NCBI GenBank assembly: GCA_963716725.1
Contig: CAVQUB010000018.1
Span: 92,686 to 156,685 of the forward strand
Length of the DNA: 64,000 nucleotides
Direction of reading: 5' to 3'
Source of the DNA: an uncultured delta proteobacterium
GTDB lineage: Bacteria > Myxococcota_A > Polyangia > Polyangiales > Polyangiaceae
Shown here one piece after another: positions 1-8,624 of this stretch (its first letter is position 1; the number at the start of each line of letters is the position of its first letter). The notes beneath the pieces were generated by a model, which was not told where the DNA came from, did not search any database, and saw only the letters and a program-made list of their open reading frames with translations. The translations under genes and the position numbers were made by a program.

Positions 1-237
1 CCCGGTGTGATTCGGACACAGCACGACGGCAGACGCTGGGACTCGAATGCGCGCGTAGGTCGCCCCGGCGATGGCGCCGCTGTACAGGTAGCCGGCGTGG
101 GGGACCATGACCACGCGAGCGTCGAGGAGCGCCGCCTCGGGATCGGGCAGGCAGCGTCGCACCTCGAGCTCGAGCCGGTGCGGCTCGCCGGGGTAGAACC
201 GCCCGGCTACCGCCGGCTGTCGGGCACTCTCGAGCAT
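1..237 (-). CDS. amrB: AmmeMemoRadiSam system protein B / MEMO1 family (runs off the window start)
   Basis: Not in the ORF track; manual translation from ATG 237 gives MLESARQPAVAGRFYPG...VMVPHAGYLYSGAIA...VLCPNHTG, with the MEMO1 motifs PAVAGxFYP, PHAGYxYSG and PNHTG. Confidence 0.85.
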   Translation of the reverse strand, partial: MLESARQPAVAGRFYPGEPHRLELEVRRCLPDPEAALLDARVVMVPHAGYLYSGAIAGATYARIRVPASAVVLCPNHTG

Positions 238-376
238 CCTGCTGCCAGGATAGCGCGGACCCGCCGCGCGGCGAGACCTCAGCCGGTCCGCGCCGCTAAG
301 TCCCGCGCGAGCCTGCAAAATGGCCCGCTCGCGTGAGTATCGCCGGTGACGAGTCGTTGCGATACAGTGCCCGTCG

Positions 377-1216
377 ATGCGGGTGACCTTCTACGGCGTT
401 CGGGGCTCGGTCCCCGCACCTGGACCAACGACGGCGCGGTACGGCGGCAATACCTCGTGCGTCGAGGTGCTGCTCGAGGACGGCACCACCTTGGTGCTCG
501 ACGCGGGGACTGGAATGCGCGCGCTCGGCGCCAAGCTGCTCGAGAGCGGTCGACACGAGAAGGTGCACCTCTTGCTCTCGCACACCCATTGGGATCACGT
601 GCTCGGGCTGCCCTTCTTCGCGCCGCTCTGGCGCAAGGACTCCGAGATCCGGGTCTACCCGCTGCCGACCGATGCGCAGGAGCGATTCCAGCGCACGATC
701 TTCGACGACATCCACTTCCCCGTCAGCGTCAACGACATCCCCGCCAAGGTGGAGTTCGAGAAGCCGAGCGCCGAGCCCTGGCGCATCGGCTCCGCGACCG
801 TCCGTCGCATCGCGCTGAACCACCCCGGCAGCGCCCAGGGTTTCCGCATCGACGACGCGAGCGGCGCGTCGGTGGCGTACCTGACGGACAACGAGCTCGT
901 CCGAGGCGCGGCGGGCAAGGCGGCGCTCGATGACCTGGCTCGATTCGCTGCCAACACCGGCCTCTTGATCCACGACTCGCAGTACCTCGACTCGGACATG
1001 CCGGACAAATACGGCTGGGGACACTCGGTCATCGACGACGTGGTCACGCTGGGTGCCCGCGCCGAGGCGCGCGGCGTCGTCCTGTTCCATCACGATCCCA
1101 ACCGAACGGACGACGACCTGGACGCGATCAAGGTGCGCGCGGCAGCGCTGCTCGCCGAACAAGCGCCCGAGGCCGAGCTGTGCGTGGCCATCGAGGGACA
1201 GAGCATCGAGCTCTGA
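377..1216 (+). CDS. MBL-fold metallo-hydrolase (RNase Z/phosphodiesterase-like)
   Basis: GVRGS, GGNTSC, DAGTG, SHTHWDH (HxHxDH), WGHS and FHHDP motifs. Confidence 0.9.
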   Translation: MRVTFYGVRGSVPAPGPTTARYGGNTSCVEVLLEDGTTLVLDAGTGMRALGAKLLESGRHEKVHLLLSHTHWDHVLGLPFFAPLWRKDSEIRVYPLPTDAQERFQRTIFDDIHFPVSVNDIPAKVEFEKPSAEPWRIGSATVRRIALNHPGSAQGFRIDDASGASVAYLTDNELVRGAAGKAALDDLARFAANTGLLIHDSQYLDSDMPDKYGWGHSVIDDVVTLGARAEARGVVLFHHDPNRTDDDLDAIKVRAAALLAEQAPEAELCVAIEGQSIEL

Positions 1217-1228
1217 GCGCCGGCGCGC

Positions 1229-2908
1229 TCAGCGGCTGAGGCGGATGTCGGTCTTCGGCTTTGGCGAGGGCTCCGGCTTCTTCGGGGCTGGCTTCGCCGG
1301 GGTCGGTCGCGAGCGCCCGGGGGCAGCTGCGGACGAAGCTGCGGGTGCGGGCGCTTCGGCAGCAACCGCGGCCCCGACCACCGCTACCAACGGCGCGCGC
1401 ACTTTCACGTCAACCGCGGAATCGCCTTGCTGAATTCGATAGGGCTGATGCCCCTCGAGCTTCAAGCTGAACTCGCGCGGACCGGCGCCGACCGAGGAAC
1501 GCTCGACATCGATCGAGAGCGGGGTCTTGCCCAGCACACGATCTGCCTCGATGACTTCCGCTGCGGGGGGCACCGACTCGATCACCAGGGAGAACGCCGT
1601 CGCCGGGGGCGCGGGGGCGACTGCCGTCCCTTTCCGCGCCGTAGCCAGCGTGCTCACCCCGATCGCGAGGGCGCCCAGCAGCACCACCGCGGTCGCGCCC
1701 AGGACCAGCGGCAGACGCGAGCGGCGCCCCGCGACGCTGCGGGTCTTCGAGAACGGTGCGTCCGAGGGCGCATGGGGGGCAGAGGCGGCGACGCGAAGGA
1801 CGGTCGGCGCGTCGGGATCGGAGCGCTCGAAGGGACCATCGACCCGAACGGAAATCGGCTGCGAAGCGCCGGAGCTCAGCAGCGAGGACGCGACGTCGAT
1901 GGTCTCACTCGACCCCAGCGCAGCTCGGCCCGAAGCCGGCAGGGGCTGAGCGGACGCAATCGCCAAAGGCGGGGCGCCGGACGCGACCGGCCTCGCCGGC
2001 GCGTGGCGACCCTGGAAGGGCTGGAGCGCGGCGCACAGCTCGTCCACCGTCTGGTGGCGTCGTCCCGGATCCTTCTGGAGGCAGCACGCGGCGACCAACA
2101 GGAACTCCGGCGGAAGGTCGGGTCGCGCCGCCCCCAAGGACTCGGGTTGATCGGCCGCAATCGCGGCGCAGATCGCCGGTAGCGACTCGCCTCGAAAGGC
2201 GGGTTTTCCGCTCAAAAGCTCGTGCAAGATGACGCCGAGGGACCAGATGTCCGACCGGCCGTCCACGCTCTTGGCGTCGCGCACCTGCTCGGGCGACATG
2301 TACATCGGGGAACCGATCATGGCGCGCGTAACCGTCAACGCCGTGTCGGTCAAGGGATCGTGGGAAGCCTTCGAGATCCCGAAGTCGAGGACCTTGACCC
2401 AGGGCCTCCCATCAGTGCGTTGGGTCAAGAACAGGTTCGAGGGTTTGAGATCGCGATGCACGATACCGGCGGAGTGTGCCTCACCAATCGCGTCCGCGGC
2501 CTGCAACACGAAGTCGACGGCCTGCTCGATGGGAAGCGGCCCGCCGAGCTTGATCACCCGGCGCAGATCCTGCCCGCTGAGCAGCTCCATCACCATGTAG
2601 GGCAGGCCCGACGGCAGCGTGTCCACGTCGAAGATCCGCACGACGTGCTCGCTCTTGAGCCCTGCGGCGGCCCGGGCCTCGCGCAAGAAGCGCGGGATCG
2701 CGGCGGTCGAGTCGTCGCTGGCCTCGAGGGGAAGCAGCACCTTGATGGCCACGATCTGGCCGAGAGCCAGGTGCGTCGCCGACACCACGACCCCCATTCC
2801 GCCGATGGCGACCATGCTCTCCACGCGGTATTTCCCGGCGATGACGTCGCCTTCCGCGATCGGCATGCCGGGCGGGAAGGGCTTCTTGGGGGCCGCGGCA
2901 GAGCTCAT
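1229..2908 (-). CDS. Hanks-type Ser/Thr protein kinase with TM helix and C-terminal PEGA-like domain
   Basis: GGMGVV, VAIK, HRDLKPSN, DFGISK and GSPMYMSPEQ motifs; TM LPLVLGATAVVLLGALAIGV; IESVPPAAEV...LGKTP; start taken as ATG 2908. Confidence 0.92.
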   Translation of the reverse strand: MSSAAAPKKPFPPGMPIAEGDVIAGKYRVESMVAIGGMGVVVSATHLALGQIVAIKVLLPLEASDDSTAAIPRFLREARAAAGLKSEHVVRIFDVDTLPSGLPYMVMELLSGQDLRRVIKLGGPLPIEQAVDFVLQAADAIGEAHSAGIVHRDLKPSNLFLTQRTDGRPWVKVLDFGISKASHDPLTDTALTVTRAMIGSPMYMSPEQVRDAKSVDGRSDIWSLGVILHELLSGKPAFRGESLPAICAAIAADQPESLGAARPDLPPEFLLVAACCLQKDPGRRHQTVDELCAALQPFQGRHAPARPVASGAPPLAIASAQPLPASGRAALGSSETIDVASSLLSSGASQPISVRVDGPFERSDPDAPTVLRVAASAPHAPSDAPFSKTRSVAGRRSRLPLVLGATAVVLLGALAIGVSTLATARKGTAVAPAPPATAFSLVIESVPPAAEVIEADRVLGKTPLSIDVERSSVGAGPREFSLKLEGHQPYRIQQGDSAVDVKVRAPLVAVVGAAVAAEAPAPAASSAAAPGRSRPTPAKPAPKKPEPSPKPKTDIRLSR

Positions 2909-2955
2909 GGTGGGTCGGGTGGCGACGAGGCGCGCCCGTTGTGGAATTGAGTAGT

Positions 2956-3444
2956 TTACGCATCCTCGGTCGCAGCGTCCACCCACACCGGGGCCAGGAC
3001 CGTCGCCAAGTCCGCGGGGCAAACCGCCACCAGAAAGCCACGCGCGCCGCCGTTGACGTAGATGCGGTCGAGCGCCGCGATGGTCCGCTCCGCGTAGAGC
3101 GGCATGGGCTTCTTCAACCCGAAGGGGCTCGTGCCGCCGACCAAGTAGCCCGAGTGTTTCTCGGCCACCTTGGGATCGCAGGGCACGACGCGCTTCTTCC
3201 CGATCTGACGCGCGAGGTTCTTCGTCGACACCTCACGGTCGCCGTGCATCAGCACGCACAGCGGCGCCCTGTTCTCGTCTTCGAGGATCAGCGTCTTGAC
3301 CACCTGATGCTCGTCGACTCCGAGCGCCTCCGCGGAGTGTCGGGTGCCGCCGCGAGGCTCGTAGTCGAAGACGTGGGCTTCGAAGGGCACTCTCGCGGCG
3401 CGTAGCGCACGCACGGCCAGCGTCACGGGGTGGTCGGTAGCCAC
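2956..3444 (-). CDS. ybaK: Cys-tRNA(Pro) deacylase YbaK
   Basis: VVKTL, SGYLVGGTSPFG and NGGARGF motifs; GTG 3444 lies 7 nt downstream of TGnTAGCGT. Confidence 0.88.
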   Translation of the reverse strand: MATDHPVTLAVRALRAARVPFEAHVFDYEPRGGTRHSAEALGVDEHQVVKTLILEDENRAPLCVLMHGDREVSTKNLARQIGKKRVVPCDPKVAEKHSGYLVGGTSPFGLKKPMPLYAERTIAALDRIYVNGGARGFLVAVCPADLATVLAPVWVDAATEDA

Positions 3445-3503
3445 GCGCAAGACGCTATCAGAACCGCGGGGGCCCCGGCGCCGCCAGATGCCGGGCCCCT
3501 GAG

Positions 3504-4076
3504 CTACCCGCGCTCGGGCCGAACTCTACCCGCCCTCTCGCACAGCCGGTCGTAGATCCGGCGCGCGAGGGGCAGCTCCATGTCGCGAAAGTTCTTCGGA
3601 TTCTGCCAAAACTCGTCGAGTTGCCCGCGCTGCTGTCGCTCGTACACGTGCGCCTTGATCATCATTTGCAGCTTGTCGGCGGCTTTGACGATGCGTGCCT
3701 CGAGGCTCGCTCCGGCCTCGGCCTCCTGCCAGCTCGCATAGAGCGCATCGGGCAACAGGTCTCTGGCCAGCGCCTCGTCGATCCGATCGAGCACCGACTC
3801 GGCCTCCGCGGTCTTCACGGGCATGGGCACGTCGCCGGTGCGCGCTTCCGGTGCGTCGTGCACGAGAGCCATTCGCAGCACACGCTCGCCGTCCACGGTC
3901 TCGCCCTCGGCTCGGAGCGCATCGGTGAGCAACATCGCCACCATCGCAACGCCGAAGCTGTGGTCAGCGATGGATTCGCAGGGACGAACGCCCCGGAGCA
4001 ACCAGCCCGTGCGCGGCAGATCGCTCAGCGGATCGAGGCGAACCAGGGTGTCGATGACGCGGTCTTCAACGCACAC
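3504..4076 (-). CDS. HD-domain hydrolase (YfbR/HDDC2-like 5'-deoxynucleotidase family)
   Basis: RTGW, ESIADHS, LVHDAPEARTGD and VKAADKL motifs. Confidence 0.85.
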   Translation of the reverse strand: MCVEDRVIDTLVRLDPLSDLPRTGWLLRGVRPCESIADHSFGVAMVAMLLTDALRAEGETVDGERVLRMALVHDAPEARTGDVPMPVKTAEAESVLDRIDEALARDLLPDALYASWQEAEAGASLEARIVKAADKLQMMIKAHVYERQQRGQLDEFWQNPKNFRDMELPLARRIYDRLCERAGRVRPERG

Positions 4077-4129
4077 GGCGCGGAGCTTATCCTGGATTTG
4101 TCGTCGCGGGTCACGCTAGCGTCCGCACC

Positions 4130-5560
4130 GTGCGGTCATTGCTTGTCGCCATCGCGTTGGCCTGGACGTCGAATGCCGGCATCGCGGCGGCCGCGCCGAA
4201 GCAGGCGCCGCGTCCCGATCCGCCCATCGCACCCGATCAGAAGCGCCCGGTCCCCGACTACGACGGCCGCGGCGACGACCCCGTGACCGTCGGCGACGTG
4301 CTGCTCTGGATCCCGCGCGTCGCGCTCTCGCCTTTGTATCTGGTCAGCGAGTACGTGATCCGTCGCCCGCTGGGCTGGGGGGTGTCGGCGGCAGAGCGAA
4401 ACGACGTGCCGCAGAAGCTCGTCGACCTCTTCACCTTCGGACCTGACGGCAACATCGCCCTCGTGCCCACCGGGCTCATCGATTTCGGCTTCCGCGCGAG
4501 CGTCGGCGTCTACCTGCGCTACAACGAGTTTCTCGCCGAACCCAACAAGCTCCGGGCGCGCGCGGCCACCGGCGGTCTCGATTGGTGGCTCTTCAACCTG
4601 AGCGACCGCGTGACCGTCGCGCCGCAGCAGGAGCTCGGCCCACGCGCCGAGTGGAGCACACGACCCGATTGGGTGTTTCACGGAATCGGACCCGAGTCCG
4701 GATCTCGCGAAGCAAGATTCAAGATGCGCAAGGCCGAGGCCGGCCTGCAGTACGACGCCAAGCTGTGGCGCTCGAGCGCTGCGTCGAGCTTCGTGGGCGT
4801 GCGCGACGCGAGCTTCGACCCAGCGGGCGGCACCTCCAATGATCCGACGGTCGCCCAAGAGATCGCGCGAGGACGCTACCCAGCCCCGCCCGGCCTCGCC
4901 GACGGCTACACGGTGATGGTCCAGAGCCTGATGCTCGAGCTCGACACGCGACCCCGGCGCAGCCCCGAAGACCTGCCCGAAGCCAGCGACTACGTCTCGC
5001 CCCCGGGGAGCGGAGTCCGGCTTCAGCTCCGCGGCGAGCACGCGGCGGGGCTGCGAGACCTGCCGCGTTCGCGCGTGAGCACACCCCAACGGCACCACTG
5101 GATCGAGTATGGCGGGACCCTCGGCGGCTTCGTCGACCTGACCGGAACGCAGCGCGTGCTCGGCCTCTCCCTGATCGCGGACTTCGCGGACCCCATCGAC
5201 CCCAGTGGCGAAATCCCGTTCACCGAGCAGGCGTCGCTCGGAGGCCCGCGACCGCTCCGCGGCTTTCTCGAAGGCAGATTGGTCGGACGGAGCTCCATCG
5301 TCGCCGAGCTCGACTATCAGTATCCGATCTGGGTCTGGCTCGACGGGGCAATGCACTATGCGCTGGGCAACGTCTTCGGCGAGAGGCTCGACGGCTTCGA
5401 TCTCGAACTCGCTCGGCAGTCTTTTGGCTTGGGCTTCCGCTCCATCGGCAATCGTGACCACAGCTTCGAGTTGCTCGTGGCCTTCGGCACGGACACCTTC
5501 CGCGGCGGCGCGGAGGTCGAATACCTGCGTTTCACCCTGGGCGCGACCAGTGGCTTCTAG
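4130..5560 (+). CDS. Omp85/BamA-TamA family outer-membrane beta-barrel, no obvious POTRA domains
   Basis: N-terminal signal peptide, LGGPRPLRGF (loop-6 RGF motif), alternating beta-strand pattern, C-terminal Phe. Confidence 0.72.
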   Translation: MRSLLVAIALAWTSNAGIAAAAPKQAPRPDPPIAPDQKRPVPDYDGRGDDPVTVGDVLLWIPRVALSPLYLVSEYVIRRPLGWGVSAAERNDVPQKLVDLFTFGPDGNIALVPTGLIDFGFRASVGVYLRYNEFLAEPNKLRARAATGGLDWWLFNLSDRVTVAPQQELGPRAEWSTRPDWVFHGIGPESGSREARFKMRKAEAGLQYDAKLWRSSAASSFVGVRDASFDPAGGTSNDPTVAQEIARGRYPAPPGLADGYTVMVQSLMLELDTRPRRSPEDLPEASDYVSPPGSGVRLQLRGEHAAGLRDLPRSRVSTPQRHHWIEYGGTLGGFVDLTGTQRVLGLSLIADFADPIDPSGEIPFTEQASLGGPRPLRGFLEGRLVGRSSIVAELDYQYPIWVWLDGAMHYALGNVFGERLDGFDLELARQSFGLGFRSIGNRDHSFELLVAFGTDTFRGGAEVEYLRFTLGATSGF

Positions 5561-7214
5561 TCGCCTCTTGGCCCTGCTGGTCGTGGCCGTGACGGGTTGC
5601 GGCGGGGGCACACGCTGGTTTCCCGCGCAGGAGCCGCTGTGGCGCGATCCGGACCAGCGCGCCTTCGATCGCGAGCCCGACCAGTACGACTCGCCCTTCG
5701 CCTGGGACGCCGCCAATCAGACGGTGTTCCGACCCGTGTCGCGCTTCTTCGCCGTCGATCCCGCGAGCGAAGCCGCCAACGTCAACGCGATGGACGAAGT
5801 GCCGAGCTCGAGCTGGTTCGAGAACCGGATCGGGCGCTTCGGCATGAGCCCCGAGGCCGCTGCCCAGGGTCCCTGCACCACGCCGCCGCCCGCTCGCAGC
5901 GGGCCGTGGGTGATCACCGCGGCCAAGCCCAACGGGTTCAACCCGGGCTTCTTCATCAAGGCCAGCGATGGCAAGCGCTACCTGGTGAAGTTCGACGGCG
6001 TGGTCGAGGGCATGCGCCCCACCGCCGCGGACGTGATCGGGACGCGCCTATTCCACGCTGCGGGCTACTTCGTTCCCTGCAACCGCGTCGTGTATTTCGA
6101 CCGATCGATCCTGAAGATCGACGCAAAAGCAAAGAGCGAGAACGCGCGCGGCGACGAAGTAAAGCTGGAGGAGCAGGATCTCGACCGGGTCTTCTCGAAG
6201 GCGCTGCGCCTCGCCGATGGCCGCTATCGCGCCACCACGAGCCTCTTCGTCGAAGGCAAGCCGCTCGGGCCGTGGACCTACGAGGGCCGGCGCTCAGATG
6301 ACCCCAACGACGTGGTCAATCACGAAGATCGCCGGGAACTCCGCGGGCTAGAGGTGATGGCGGCGTGGCTCGCCTGGTTCGACACCCGCGAGCAGAACAC
6401 CATGGCCACTTGGGTGAACGACGGCAAGACCGGCCACGTGCGCCACTACTTGCTCGACGTGGGCAACGCCTACGGCAGCATCTGGGAGCCCCCGATGATG
6501 GGGCGGCGCATCGGGCACAGCTACTACCTGGACGTGCCTTACGTGCTGGAGGACTTCGTCACCCTCGGCGCCATCGAGCGGCCCTGGGATCGCGCGCGCT
6601 TCGGCCGCACGGGCAAGGCATTCTCGTACTTCCGCGTCGAGGACTTCGATCCCGACCGCTTCCGCCCCGGCTACCCGAATCCGGCTTTCGTCCGCAAGTC
6701 CGAGCGCGACGCGGCGTGGATGGCGCGCACCGTCGCGCGTTTCTCCGACGAGCATCTGCGGGCCATCGTGAAGACCGGGTTGCTCCTGCCCGACCTCGAG
6801 TCGCGCCTGCTCGAGGTGCTGATCGGTCGGCGCGACGTGGTGCTGCGAAGGTACCTGACCCGGCTCTCGCCGCTGGCCTGGCCCGAAGTGCGGGGCAACC
6901 AGCTGTGCCTGGAGGATCTGGCGCTGAGCGCGAAGATCGTGAAGAAAGAGGCCCGCCGCTACGCAGCGCGAGCCTGGGTCGGAAAATCCCTGGCGCTCTC
7001 GGCGATCGCCGCCACTCGCTGGGACGGGCAGGGTCGGATTTGCCTGGCACTGCCGTCCGCGGAGGCGGGCTCCCCGCTGCTCCTCGACGTCACCGCGGCG
7101 ACCCGCGACGGGAGCTCGACCTTTCCCGCCCGCGTGCACCTCTACGCGCTTGGCGATCTCCGGTATCGTGTGGTCGGCCTCGAACGACCCGACTCCCACG
7201 ATCCGCCGAGCTGA
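5550..7214 (+). CDS. Lipoprotein with atypical protein-kinase-like motifs (HipA/PI3K/CotH-like fold suspected)
   Basis: GTG 5550 then lipobox LLVVAVTG-C; YLVKFD (beta3 Lys), DTREQN (DxxxxN catalytic loop), LLDVG (DFG-like). Confidence 0.6.
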   Translation: MASSRLLALLVVAVTGCGGGTRWFPAQEPLWRDPDQRAFDREPDQYDSPFAWDAANQTVFRPVSRFFAVDPASEAANVNAMDEVPSSSWFENRIGRFGMSPEAAAQGPCTTPPPARSGPWVITAAKPNGFNPGFFIKASDGKRYLVKFDGVVEGMRPTAADVIGTRLFHAAGYFVPCNRVVYFDRSILKIDAKAKSENARGDEVKLEEQDLDRVFSKALRLADGRYRATTSLFVEGKPLGPWTYEGRRSDDPNDVVNHEDRRELRGLEVMAAWLAWFDTREQNTMATWVNDGKTGHVRHYLLDVGNAYGSIWEPPMMGRRIGHSYYLDVPYVLEDFVTLGAIERPWDRARFGRTGKAFSYFRVEDFDPDRFRPGYPNPAFVRKSERDAAWMARTVARFSDEHLRAIVKTGLLLPDLESRLLEVLIGRRDVVLRRYLTRLSPLAWPEVRGNQLCLEDLALSAKIVKKEARRYAARAWVGKSLALSAIAATRWDGQGRICLALPSAEAGSPLLLDVTAATRDGSSTFPARVHLYALGDLRYRVVGLERPDSHDPPS

Positions 7215-7215
7215 T

Positions 7216-8547
7216 GTGACCGAGCCAAACCCAACGCGCGACCGATCGGCCCTCGAGCGCCTGCTCGGCGTCATCACCCGCGTCGAAGCCGGAGAGGGCG
7301 TGTCGGCCCTGCTGATGACGCTCAACGTGCTCGTGCTCATGACCGCCTACTCATCCATCAAGCCCGTGCGCGAGGGCTTGATCTTGGCGATGGCGTCCGG
7401 CGCCGAATACAAGGCGTACATGGGCGGCGCCATCGCCATCGCGCTGCTCTTCGCCGTGCCCGCCTACGCACGTTTTGCCGATCGACTGCCGCGAAACCGT
7501 CTCGTCGTGGGGGTCACGCTGTTCTTCGCCATGAACTTGGTGCTGTTCTGGGCGGGCAGCTCCGTCTCGTCGATCCGCTCGCGGCTCGGGCTCCTCTACT
7601 ACCTGTGGCTCGGCATCTTCAACATGATGGTGGTGGCGCAGTTCTGGGCTTTCGCCAACGATCTGTACCGTGAGGACCAAGGCAAACGACTGTTCCCGCT
7701 GCTCGGCGTCGGGCAAACGCTGGGCGCGGTGCTCGGTGCCGGGCTCTCGGTCTGGCTCTTGGCGCGCGTTGGCGTCTTCAACATGCTGCTGGTCGGCGCG
7801 GGCCTGCTCACGGTCACGGCAGGGCTGACCCAAGTCGTGCACACTCGTGAGCGCGCGAAGGCCGCCCTCCGACCGCAGCCTCAAGGCGATCGCGGCGGCG
7901 CCTTCGAGCTGGTGCTGCGGAGCCGCTATTTGCGCTTCATCGCCGCCTTTGCCTTGCTCTTCACCTTCGTGAACAGCAACGGCGAGTACATGCTCGGGAG
8001 CTTGGTCAAAGAGGCCGCCGACGCCGCGGTGAGGGCCGGAACCCTCGAGCCGGACGCGGTAAAGGAGTGGGTCGGAGACGCCTACAGTCGCTTCTATCTG
8101 TACACCAACGTGGCGACCGTGGCCGTGCAAGCGCTGCTCGTCTCCCGTCTGGTCCGGGTCTGGGGCCTCGAGCGCGCGTTCTTCGTGCTGCCGGTCATCG
8201 CGCTCGTCGACGCCCTGGGAGCAGCGGCGTTCCCCGTCATGGCCGTGGTGTTCTTCGGCAAGATTGCCGAGAACTCGACGGACTACTCCCTGAACAACAC
8301 TCTCCGCAACATGCTGTGGCTGCCGACGAGCCGCGAGGTGAAGTACAAGGCGAAGCAGGCGGTGGACACCTTCTTCGTCCGCATGGGCGACGTGAGCTCG
8401 GCGGTCGCCGTGTTCGCGCTAGCCAGTCAACTCGGGCTCGGCGTGCGCGCTTTTGCTCTGGTGAACGTCGCTCTCGTGATGCTCTGGTTGGTCTTGGCCA
8501 AGAAGATCGTGACGGGCTACCTCAATCTGTCTCGGGCGCCGGAATGA
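7216..8547 (+). CDS. Npt1/Npt2 (TLC/AAA family) nucleotide transporter, ATP/ADP translocase-like
   Basis: About 12 hydrophobic segments; IKPVREGL, FWAFANDLY...GKRLFPL and KYKAKQAVDTFFVRMGD signatures. Confidence 0.85.
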   Translation: MTEPNPTRDRSALERLLGVITRVEAGEGVSALLMTLNVLVLMTAYSSIKPVREGLILAMASGAEYKAYMGGAIAIALLFAVPAYARFADRLPRNRLVVGVTLFFAMNLVLFWAGSSVSSIRSRLGLLYYLWLGIFNMMVVAQFWAFANDLYREDQGKRLFPLLGVGQTLGAVLGAGLSVWLLARVGVFNMLLVGAGLLTVTAGLTQVVHTRERAKAALRPQPQGDRGGAFELVLRSRYLRFIAAFALLFTFVNSNGEYMLGSLVKEAADAAVRAGTLEPDAVKEWVGDAYSRFYLYTNVATVAVQALLVSRLVRVWGLERAFFVLPVIALVDALGAAAFPVMAVVFFGKIAENSTDYSLNNTLRNMLWLPTSREVKYKAKQAVDTFFVRMGDVSSAVAVFALASQLGLGVRAFALVNVALVMLWLVLAKKIVTGYLNLSRAPE

Positions 8548-8624
8548 CCTGCAGGCGTTCTGTGTGCACGACGCCCCGAGGCGCTGGACGCGCCGAAGCT
8601 CTCGTGTGACACTCTCGTGTCGAT

